Below, in pieces: positions 1-11,199 of a DNA stretch of 14,341 nt. Source of the DNA: Neoechinorhynchus agilis (taxonomy: Eukaryota > Animalia > Acanthocephala); assembly GCA_051530055.1 (NCBI GenBank), contig JBMGUZ010000068.1, positions 1 through 14,341 on the forward strand. Reading direction: 5' to 3'. A model generated the notes under the pieces. The model did not search any database and was not told where the DNA came from. It worked only from the letters and a program-made list of their open reading frames with translations. Both the position numbers and the translations under genes were made by a program. The stretch's first letter is position 1. Each line of letters opens with the position of its first letter.

Positions 1-340
1 GATCAACCGTATTTTAGAACCGAAAAGATCGCGTCAAGATGCGGACCGATTAATCCCAGAATCGGCTGTATTCTGTTTAAAAATCTGTTCTTGCTGTCAA
101 ATCACGGTAAAACATCGGATCAACCGGATTTTAGAACTGAAAAGATCGCGTCAAGATGCGGACCGATTAATTACAGAATCGGCTGTATTCTATTTATAAA
201 TCTGTTCTTGCTGTCAAATCACGGTAAAACATCCGATCTACCGAATTTTAGCACCGAAACGATCGCATCCAGATGCGAACCGATTAGCCCCGGAATCGGC
301 TGTATTCTCTTTATAAATCTGTTCTTGTGGTCAAATCACC

Positions 341-808
341 GGTAAAACATCGGATCAACCGGATTTTAGAACCGAAAAGATCGCGTCAAGATGCGGACCG
401 ATTAATTCCAGAATCGGCTGTATTCTATTTATAAATCTGTTCTTGCTGTCAAATCACGGTAAAACATCCGATCTTCCGGATTTTAGCACCGGAAAGATCG
501 CGTCAAGATGCGGACCGATTAATCCCAGAATCGGCTGTATTCTATTTATAAATCTGTTCTTGCTGTCAAATCACGGTAAAACATCCGATCTACCGGATTT
601 TAGCACCGAAAAGATCGCGTCAAGATGCGGACCGATTAATCCCAGAATCGGCTGTATTCTATTTATAAATCTGTTCTTGCTGTCAAATCACGGTAAAACA
701 TCCGATCTACCGGATTTTAGAACCGAAAAGATCGCGTCAAGATGCGGACCGATTAATCCCAGAATCGGCTGTATTCTATTTATAAATCTGTTCTTGCTGT
801 CAAATCAC
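341..808. repeat. Run of consecutive 117-bp (X-type) monomers
   Basis: Units at 341, 458, 575 and 692 are each 117 bp and carry the tail TCAAG-GCGG-TTAAT-CTATTT-GCTGT-CAC (no extra C). Confidence 0.9.
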
Positions 809-2922
809 GGTAAAACATCCGATCTACCGGATTTTAGAACCGAAAAGATCGCGTCCAGATGCGAACCGATTAGCCCCAGAATCGGCTGTATTCTCTTTAT
901 AAATCTGTTCTTGTGGTCAAATCACCGAAAAAACATCGGATCAACCGGATTTTAGAACCGAAAAGATCGCGTCAAGATGCGGACCGATTAATCCCAGAAT
1001 CGGCTGTATTCTATTTATAAATCTGTTCTTGCTGTCAAATCACGGTAAAACATCCGATCCACCGGATTTTAGGACCGAAAAGATCGCGTCAAGATGCGAA
1101 CCGATTAGCCCCAGAATCGGCTGTATTCTATTTATAAATCTGTTCTTGCTGTCAAATCACGGTAAAACATCGGATCAACCGGATTTTAGAACCGAAAAGA
1201 TCGCGTCAAGATGCGGACCTATTAATCCCAGAATCGGCCGTATTCTATTTATAAATCTGTTCTTGCTGTCAAATCACGGTAAAAGATCCGATCTACCGGA
1301 TTCTGGGACCGAAAAGAACGCGTCAAGATGCGGACCGATTAAACTCAGAATCGGCTGTATTCTAATTATAAATCTGTTCTTGCTGTCAAATCACGGTAAA
1401 ACATCCGATCTACCGGATTTTAGCACCGAAACGATCGCGTCCAGATGCGAACCGATTAGCCCCAGAATCGGCTGTATTCTTTTTATAAATCTTTTCTTGC
1501 GGTCAAATCACCGGTAAAACATCGGATCAACCGGATTTTAGAACCGAAAAGATCGCGTCAAGATGCGGACCGATTAATCCCAGAATCGGCTGTATTCTAT
1601 TTATAAATCTGTTCTTGCTGTCAAATCACGGTAAAACATCCGATCTACCGGATTTTAGCACCGAAACGATCGCGTCCAGATGCGAACCGATTAGACCCAG
1701 AATCGGCTGTATTCTGTTTATAAATCTTTTCTTGCGGTCAAATCACGGTAAAACATCGGATCAACCGGATTTTAGAACCGAAAAGATCGCGTCCAGATGC
1801 GAACCGATTAGCCCCAGAATCGGCTGTATTCTCTTTATAAATCTGTTCTTGCGGTCAAATCACCGGTAAAACATCGGATCAACCGGATTTTAGAACCGAA
1901 AAGATCGCGTCAAGATGCGGACCGATTAATCCCAGAATCGGCTGTATTCTCTTTATAAATCTGTTCTTGCGGTCAAATCACCGGTAAAACATCGGATCAA
2001 CCGGATTTTAGAACCGAAAAGATCGCGTCCAGATGCGGACCGATTAACCCCAGAATCGGCTGTATTCTATTTATAAATCTGTTCTTGCTGTCAAATCACC
2101 GGTAAAACATCCGATCAACGGATTTTAGAACCGAAAAGATCGCGTCCAGATGCGAACCGATTAGCCCCAGAATCGGCTGTATTCTCTTTATAAATCTGTT
2201 CTTGCGGTCAAATCACCGGTAAAACATCGGATCAACCGGATTTTAGAACCGAAAAGATCGCGTCAAGATGCGGACCGATTAATCCCAGAATCGGCTGTAT
2301 TCTATTTATAAATCTGTTCTTGCGGTCAAATCACCGGTAAAACATCGGATCAACCGGATTTTAGAACCGAAAAGATCGCGTCCAGATGCGAACCGATTAG
2401 CCCCAGAATCGGCTGTATTCTATTTATAAATCTGTTCTTGCGGTCAAATCACCGGTAAAACATCGGATCAACCGGATTTTAGAACCGAAAAGATCGCGTC
2501 AAGATGCGGACCGATTAATCCCAGAATCGGCTGTATTCTATTTATAAATCTGTTCTTGCTGTCAAATCACGGTAAAACATCCGATCTACCGGATTTTAGA
2601 ACCGAAAAGATCGCGTCAAGATGCGGACCGATTAGCCCCAGAATCGGCTGTATTCTCTTTATAAATCTGTTCTTGCTGTCAAATAACGGTAAAACATCCG
2701 ATCTACCGGATTTTAGAACCGAAAAGATCGCGTCAAGATGCGGACCGATTAGCCCCAGAATCGGCTGTATTCTCTTTATAAATCTGTTCTTGCGGTCAAA
2801 TCACGGTAAAACATCGGATCAACCGGATTTTAGAACCGAAAAGATCGCGTCAAGATGCGAACCGATTAATCCCAGAATCGGCTGTATTCTCTTTATAAAT
2901 CTGTTCTTGCGGTCAAATCACC

Positions 2923-3627
2923 GGTAAAACATCGGATCAACCGGATTTTAGAACCGAAAAGATCGCGTCAAGATGCGGACCGATTAATCCCAGAATCGGC
3001 TGTATTCTATTTATAAATCTGTTCTTGCTGTCAAATCACGGTAAAACATCCGATCTACCGGATTTTAGCACCGAAACGATCGCGTCCAGATGCGAACCGA
3101 TTAGCCCCAGAATCGGCTGTATTCTCTTTATAAATCTGTTCTTGCGGTCAAATCACCGGTAAAACATCGGATCAACCGGATTTTAGAACCGAAAAGATCG
3201 CGTCAAGATGCGGACCGATTAATCCCAGAATCGGCTGTATTCTATTTATAAATCTGTTCTTGCTGTCAAATCACGGTAAAACATCCGATCTACCGGATTT
3301 TAGGACCGAAAAGATCGCGTCCAGATGCGAACCGATTAGCCCCAGAATCGGCTGTATTCTCTTTATAAATCTGTTCTTGCGGTCAAATCACCGGTAAAAC
3401 ATCGGATCAACCGGATTTTAGAACCGAAAAGATCGCGTCAAGATGCGGACCGATTAATCCCAGAATCGGCTGTATTCTATTTATAAATCTGTTCTTGCTG
3501 TCAAATCACGGTAAAACATCCGATCAACCGGATTTTAGAACCGAAAAGATCGCGTCAAGATGCGAACCGATTAGCCCCAGAATCGGCTGTATTCTCTTTA
3601 TAAATCTGTTCTTGCGGTCAAATCACC
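2923..3627. repeat. Three tandem 235-bp heterodimers (117+118 alternation)
   Basis: Unit starts at 2923, 3040, 3158, 3275, 3393, 3510 and 3628 give lengths 117,118,117,118,117,118. Diagnostic sites alternate (ATCGGATCAA/ATCCGAT, TTAATCCC/TTAGCCCC, CTATTT/CTCTTT, GCTGT/GCGGT); the unit at 3510 is partly mixed. Confidence 0.9.
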
Positions 3628-4213
3628 GGTAAAACATCGGATCAACCGGATTTTAGAACCGAAAAGATCGCGCCAGATGCGGACCGATTAGCCCCAGAAT
3701 CGGCTGTATTCTATTTATAAATCTGTTCTTGCTGTCAAATCACCGGTAAAACATCCGATCAACCGGATTTTAGAACCGAAAAGATCGCGTCAAGATGCGG
3801 ACCGATTAATCCCAGAATCGGCTGTATTCTATTTATAAATCTGTTCTTGCTGTCAAATCACGGTAAAACATCCGATCTACCGGATTTTAGGACCGAAAAG
3901 ATCGCGTCCAGATGCGAACCGATTAGCCCCAGAATCGGCTGTATTCTCTTTATAAATCTGTTCTTGCGGTCAAATCACCGGTAAAACATCCGATCTACCG
4001 GATTTTAGAACCGAAAAGATCGCGTCAAGATGCGGACCGATTAATCCCAGAATCGGCTGTATTCTATTTATAAATCTGTTCTTGCTGTCAAATCACGGTA
4101 AAACATCCGATCTACCGGATTTTAGAACCGAAAAGATCGCGTCAAGATGCGGACCGATTAATCCCAGAATCGGCTGTATTCTATTTATAAATCTGTTCTT
4201 GCTGTCAAATCAC

Positions 4214-4304
4214 GGTAAAACATCCGATCTACCGGATTTTAGAACCGAAAAGATCATAAGATGCTGTATTCTATTTATAAATCTGTTCTTGCGGTCAAAT
4301 CACC
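4214..4304. repeat. Truncated monomer, 91 bp (24-bp internal deletion plus GCGTC>AT)
   Basis: Reads AGATCATAAGATGCTGTATT in place of AGATCGCGTCAAGATGCGGACCGATTAATCCCAGAATCGGCTGTATT. The next anchor is at 4305. Confidence 0.92.
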
Positions 4305-5477
4305 GGTAAAACATCGGATCAACCGGATTTTAGAACCGAAAAGATCGCGTCAAGATGCGGACCGATTAGACCAGAATCGGCTGTATTCTCTTTATAAATC
4401 TGTTCTTGCGGTCAAATCACCGGTAAAACATCGGATCAACCGTATTTTAGAACCGAAAAGATCGCGTCAAGATGCGGACCGATTTATCTGAGAATCGGCT
4501 GTATTCTATTTATAAATCTGTTCTTGCCGTCAAATCACGGTAAAACATCCGATCTACAGGATTTTAGGAACGAAAAGATCGCGTAAAGATGCGAACCGAT
4601 TAGCACCAGAATCGGCTGTATTCTCTTTATAAATCTGTTCTTGTTGTCAAATCACCGGTAAAACATCGGATCTACCGGATTTTAGAACCGAAAAGATCGC
4701 GTCAAGATGCGGACCGATTAATGCCAGAATCGGCTGTATTCTATTTATAAATCTGTTCTTGCTGTCAAATCTCGGTAAAACATCCGATCTACCGGATTTT
4801 AGCACCGAAAAGATCGCGTCAAGATGCGGACCGATTAATCCCAGAATCGGCTGTATTCTATTTATAAATCTGTTCTTGCTGTCAAATCACGGTAAAACAT
4901 CCGATCAACCGGATTTTAGAACCGAAAAGATCGCGTCAAGATGCGGACCGATTAGCCCCAGAATCGGCTGTATTCTCTTTATAAATCTGTTCTTGCTGTC
5001 AAATCACCGGTAAAACATCCGATCTACCGGATTTTAGAACCGAAAGATCGCGTCAAGATGCGGACCGATTAATCCCAGAATCGGCTGTATTCTATTTATA
5101 AATCTGTTCTTGCTGTCAAATCAGCGGTAAAACATCCGATCTACCGGATTTTAGGACCGAAAAGATCGCGTCCAGATGCGAACCGATTAGCCCCAGAATC
5201 GGCTGTATTCTCTTTATAAATCTGTTCTTGCGGTCAAATCACCGGTAAAACATCGGATCAACCGGATTTTAGAACCGAAAAGATCGCGTCAAGATGCGGA
5301 CCGATTAATCCCAGAATCGGCTGTATTCTATTTATAAATCTGTTCTTGCTGTCAAATCACGGTAAAACATCCGATCTACCGGATTTTAGAACCGAAAAGA
5401 TCGCGTCAAGATGCGGACCGATTAATCCCAGAATCGGCTGTATTCTATTTATAAATCTGTTCTTGCTGTCAAATCAC

Positions 5478-5570
5478 GGTAAAACATCCGATCAACCGGA
5501 TTTTAGAACCGAAAAGATCGCGTCAAGATGCTGTATTCTATTTATAAATCTGTTCTTGCGGTCAAATCAC
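5478..5570. repeat. Truncated monomer, 93 bp (same 24-bp internal deletion)
   Basis: Reads CGTCAAGATGCTGTATT, with the junction at 5531/5532. The next anchor is at 5571. Confidence 0.92.
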
Positions 5571-6390
5571 GGTAAAACATCGGATCAACCGGATTTTAGA
5601 ACCGAAAAGATCGCGTCAAGATGCGAACCGATTAGACCAGAATCGGCTGTATTCTCTTTATAAATCTGTTCTTGCGGTCAAATCACCGGTAAAACATCGG
5701 ATAAACCGGATTTTAGAACCGAAAAGATCGCTTCAAGAATCGGACCGATTAATCTGAGAATCGGCTGTATTCTATTTATAAATCTGTTCTTGCGGTCAAA
5801 TCACGGTAAAACATCCGATCTACCGGATTTTAGGAACGAAAAGATCGCGTCAAGATGCGAACCGATTAGCATCAGAATCGGCTGTATTCTCTTTATAAAT
5901 CTGTTCTTGCTGTCAAATCACCGGTAAAACATCGCATCTACCGGATTTTAGAACCGAATAGATCGCGTATAGATGCGGACCGATTAATCCCAGAATCGGC
6001 TGTATTCTATTTATAAATCTGTTCTTGCTGTCAAATCACGGTAAAACATCCGACCTCCGAATTTTAGCACCGAAACGATCGCGTCAAGATGCGAACCGAT
6101 TACATCCAGAATCGGCTGTATTCTCTTTATAAATCTGTTCTTGCGGTCAAATCACCGGTAAAACATCGGATCAACCGGATTTTAGAACCGAAAAGATCGC
6201 GTCAAGATGCGGACCGATTAATCCCAGAATCGGCTGTATTCTATTTATAAATCTGTTCTTGCTGTCAAATCACGGTAAAACATCCGATCTACCGGATTTT
6301 AGCACCGAAACGATCGCGTCCAGATGCGAACCGATTAACCCCAGAATCGGCTGTATTCTATTTATAAATCTGTTCTTGCTGTCAAATCAC

Positions 6391-9300
6391 GGTAAAACAT
6401 CCGATCTACCGAATTTTAGCACCGAAACGATCGCGTCCAGATGCGAACCGATTAGCCCCAGAATCGGCTGTATTCTCTTTATAAATCTGTTCTTGCGGTA
6501 AAATCACCGGTAAAACATCGGATCAACCGGATTTTAGAACCGAAAAGATCGCGCCAAGATGCGGACCGATTAATCCCAGAATCGGCTGTATTCTATTTAT
6601 AAATCTGTTCTTGATGTCAAACCGCGGTAAAACATCCGATCTACCGGAATTTAGGACCGAAAAGATCGCGTGCAGATGCGAACCGATTAGCACCAGAATC
6701 GGCTGTATTCTCTTTACAAATCTGTTCTTGCGGTCAACAACCGGTAAAACATCGGATCAACCGGATTTTAGAACCGAAAAGATCGCGTCAAGATGCGGAC
6801 CGATTAATCCCAGAATCGGCGGTATTCTATTTATAAATCTGTTCTTGATGTCAAACCGCGGTAAAACATCCGATCTACCGGAATTTAGGACCGAAAAGAT
6901 CGCGTCCAGATGCGAACCGATTAGCCCCAGAATCGGCTGTATTCTCTTTACAAATCTGTTCTTGCGGTCAAATCACCGGTAAAACATCGGATCAACCGGA
7001 TTTTAGAACCGAAAAGATCGCGTCAAGATGCGGACCGATTAATCCCAGAATCGGCTGTATTCTATTTATAAATCTGTTCTTGCTGTCAAATCACGGTAAA
7101 ACATCCGATCTACCGGATTTTAGCACCGAAACGATCGCGTCAAGATGCGAACCGATTAGCCCCAGAATCGGCTGTATTCTCTTTATAAATCTGTTCTTGC
7201 GGTCAAATCACCGGTAAAACATCGGATCAACCGGATTTTAGAACCGAAAAGATCGCGTCAAGATGCGGACCGATTATTCCCAGAATCGGCTGTATTCTAT
7301 TTATAAATCTGTTCTTGCTGTCAAATCACCGGTAAAACATCGGATCAACCGGATTTTAGAACCGAAAAGATCGCGTCAAGATGCGGACCGATTAATCCCA
7401 GAATCGGCTGTATTCTATTTATAAATCTGTTCTTGCTGTCAAATCACGGTAAAACATCCGATCTACCGGATTTTAGGACCGAAAAGATCGCGTCCAGATG
7501 CGAACCGATTAGCCCCAGAATCGGCTGTATTCTCTTTATAAATCTGTTCTTGCTGTCAAATCACGGTAAAACATCCGATCTACCGGATTTTAGAACCGAA
7601 AAGATCGCGTCAAGATGCGGACCGATTAATCCCAGAATCGGCTGTATTCTATTTATAAATCTGTTTTTGCGGTCAAATCACCGGTAAAACATCGGATCAA
7701 CCGGATTTTAGAACCGAAAAGATCGCGTCCAGATGCGGACCGATTAGCCTTAGAATCGGCTGTATTCTCTTTATAAATCTGTTTTTGCCGTCAAATCACC
7801 GGTAAAACATCCGATCTACCGGATTTTAGAACCGAAAAGATCGCGTCAAGATGCGGACCGATTAATCCCAGAATCGGCTGTATTCTATTTATAAATCTGT
7901 TTTTGCGGTCAAATCACCGGTAAAACATCGGATAAACCGGATTTTAGAACCGAAAAGATCGCGTCAAGATGCGGACCGATTAGCCCCAGAATCGGCTGTA
8001 TACTTTTATAAATCTGCTTGCGTAAATCACCGGTAAAACATCGGATAAACCGGATTTTAGAACCAAAAAGATCGCGTCCAGATGCGGACCGATTAGCCCC
8101 AGAATCGGCTGTATTCTCTTTATAAATCTGTTTTTGCGGTCAAATCACGGGTAAAATATCGGATCAACCGGATTTAAGAACCAAAAAGATCGCGTCCAGA
8201 TGCGAACCGATTAGCCCCAGAATCGGCTGTATTCTCTTTATAAATCTGTTCTTGCGGTCAAATCACCGGTAAAACATCGGATCTACCGGATTTTAGAACC
8301 GAAAAGATCGCGTCCAGATGCGGACCGATTAGCCCCAGAATCGGCTGTATTCTCTTTATAAATCTGTTCTTGCGGTCAAATCACCGGTAAAACATCGGAT
8401 CAACCGGATTTTAGAACCGAAACGATCGCGTCCAGATGCGAACCGATTAGCCCCAGAATCGGCTGTATTCTCTTTATAAATCTGTTCTTGTGGTCAAATC
8501 ACCGGTAAAACATCGGATCAACCGGATTTTAGAACCGAAAACATCGCGTCAAGATGCGGACCGATTAATCCCAGAATCGGCTGTATTCTATTTATAAATC
8601 TGTTCTTGCTGTCAAATCACGGTAAAACATCCGATCTACCGAATTTTAGCACCGAAACGATCGCGTCCAGATGCGAACCGATTAGCCCCAGAATCGGCTG
8701 TATTCTCTTTATAAATCTGTTCTTGCGGTATAATCACCGGTAAAACATCGGATCAACGGGATTTTAGAACCGAAAAGATCGCGTCAAGATGCGGACCGAT
8801 TAATCCCAGAATCGGCGGTATTCTATTTATAAATCTGTTCTTGATGTCAAACCGCGGTAAAACATCCGATCTACCGGAATTTAGGACCGAAAAGATCGCG
8901 TGCAGATGCGAACCGATTAGCATCAGAATCGGCTGTATTCTCTTTACAAATCTGTTCTTGCGGTCAAATCACCGGTAAAACATCGGATCAACCGGATTTT
9001 AGAACCGAAAAGATCGCGTCAAGATGCGGACCGATTAATCCCAGAATCGGCTGTATTCTATTTATAAATCTGTTCTTGCTGTCAAATCACGGTAAAACAT
9101 CCGATCTACCGGATTTTAGCACCGATAAGATCGCGTCAAGATGCGAACCGATTAGCCCCAGAATCGGCTGTATTCTCTTTATAAATCTGATCTTGCGGTC
9201 AAATCACCGGTAAAACATCGGATCAACCGGATTTTAGAACCGAAAATATCGCGTCAAGATGCGGACCGATTAATCCCAGAATCGGCTGTATCCTATTTAT

Positions 9301-10376
9301 AAATCTGTTCTTGATGTCAAATCACGGTAAAACATCCGATCTACCGGATTTTAGGACCGAAAAGATCGCGTCCAGATGCGAACCGATTAGCCACAGAATC
9401 GGCTGTATTCTCTTTATAAATCTGTTCTCGCGGTCAAATCACCGGTAAAACATCGGATTTTAGAACCGAAAAGATCGCGTCAAGATGCGGACCGATTAAT
9501 CCCAGAATCGGCTGTATTCTATTTATAAATCTGTTCTTGCTGTCAAATCACGGTAAAACATCCGATCTACCGGATTTTAAGACCGAAAAGATCGCGTCCA
9601 GATGCGAACCGATTAGCCCCAGAATCGGCTGAATTCTCTTTATAAATCTGTTCTTGCTGTCAAATCACGGTAAAATATCCGATCTACCGGATTTTAGCAC
9701 CGAAACGACCGCGTCAAGAAGCGGACCGATTAATCCCAGAATCGGCTGTATTCTATTTATAAATCTGTTTTTGCGGTCAAATCACCGGTAAAACATCGGA
9801 TCAACCGGATTTTAGAACCGAAAAGATCGCGTCCAGATGCGGACCGATTAGCCTTAGAATCGACTGTATTCTCTTTATAAATCTGTTTTTGCGGTCAAAT
9901 CACCGGTAAAACATCCGATCTACCGGATTTTAGCACCGATACGATCGCGTCAAGATGCGGACCGATTAATCCCAGAATCGGCTGTATTCTATTTATAAAT
10001 CTGTTTTTGCGGTCAAATCACCGGTAAAACATCGGATAAACCGGATTTTAGAACCGAAAAGATCGCGTCAAGATGCGGACCGATTAGCCCCAGAATCGGC
10101 TGTATTACCTTTATAAATCTGTTCTTGCGGTCAAATCACCGGTAAAACATCGGATAAACCGGATTTTAGAACCGAAAAGATCGCGTCCAGATGCGGACCG
10201 ATTAGCCCCAGAATCGGCTGTATTCTCTTTATAAATCTGTTTTTGCGGTCAAATCACCGGTAAAACATCGGATCAACCGGATTTTAGAACCGAAAAGATC
10301 GCGTCCAGATGCGAACCGATTAGCCCCAGAATCGGCTGTATTCTCTTTATAAATCTGTTCTTGCGGTCAAATCACC
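6391..10376. repeat. Degenerate higher-order duplication: block ~6391-8267 is repeated as ~8621-10376
   Basis: Rare variants appear in the same order in both blocks: GCGGTA(A/T)AATC, TTGATGTCAAACCGCGG, GGAATTTAGG, TGCAGATG, TTTACAAA, GCCTTAGA, GTTTTTG, GGATAAACC twice. Offsets are 1996-2230 bp. Confidence 0.8.
9444..9551. repeat. Truncated monomer, 108 bp (9-bp deletion between two CGGAT direct repeats)
   Basis: Reads CATCGGATTTTAGAACC in place of CATCGGATCAACCGGATTTTAGAACC. Confidence 0.9.
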
Positions 10377-10494
10377 GGTAAAACATCCGATCTACCGGAT
10401 TTTAGGACCGAAAAGATCGCGTCCAGATGCGAACCGATTAGCCCCAGAATCGGCTGTATTCTCTTTATAAATTTGTTCTCGCGGTCAAATCACC

Positions 10495-11199
10495 GGTAAA
10501 ACATCGGATCAACCGGATTTTAGAACCGAAAAGATCGCGTCAAGATGTGGACCGATTAATCCCAGAATCGGCTGTATTCTATTTATAAATCTGTTCTTGC
10601 TGTCAAATCACGGTAAAACATCCGATCTACCGGATTTTAAGACCGAAAAGATCGCGTCCTGATGCGAACCGATTAGCCCCAGAATCGGCTTAATTCTCTT
10701 TATAAATCTGTTCTTGCGGTCAAATCACCGGTAAAACATCGGATAAACAAGATTTTAGAACCGAAAAGATCGCGTCAAAATGCGGACCGATTAATCCCAG
10801 AATCGGCTGTATTCTCTTTATAAATCTATTTTTGTGGTCAAATCACCGGTAAAACATCGGATCAACCGGATTTTAGAACCGAAAAGATCGCGTCAAGATG
10901 TGGACCGATTAATCGCAGAATCGGCTGTATTCTATTTATAAATCTGTTCTTGCTGTCAAATCACGGTAAAACATCCGATCTACCGGATTTTAAGACCGAA
11001 AAGATCGCGTCCAGAAGCGAACCGATTAGCCCCAGAATCGGCTTAATTCTCTTTATAAATCTGTTCTTGCGGTCAAATCACCGGTAAAACATCAGATAAA
11101 CAAGATTTTAGAACCGAAAAGATCGCGTCAAAATGCGGACCGATTAATCCCAGAATCGGCTGTATTCTCTTTATAAATCTATTTTGCGGTCAAATCACC
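10495..11199. repeat. Tandem duplication of a three-monomer unit (353 bp + 352 bp)
   Basis: 10495-10847 and 10848-11199 share GATGTGG, TTTAAGACC, GGCTTAATTC, GATAAACAAGAT, GTCAAAATGC and AATCTATTTT in the same order. Confidence 0.9.

Noticed and set aside
106-222. Origin of the monomer from a ~10-12 bp subrepeat (recurring ATCG/ACCG words and A/T tracts at roughly helical spacing)
   Set aside because: The spacing is irregular (5-13 bp and larger gaps) and I cannot show significance by eye. It needs autocorrelation against shuffled sequence.
3008-3018. TATAAA / TATTTATAAA as a TATA box in each monomer
   Set aside because: A short AT-rich motif inside a palindrome, with no gene downstream and no other evidence of promoter activity.
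7919-8031. 113-bp monomer with several small deletions (TATACTTTT, CTGCTTGCGTAAATC)
   Set aside because: Clustered 1-2 bp losses while its counterpart at 10023 is full length. This could be sequencing or consensus error, so it is not treated as biology without reads.
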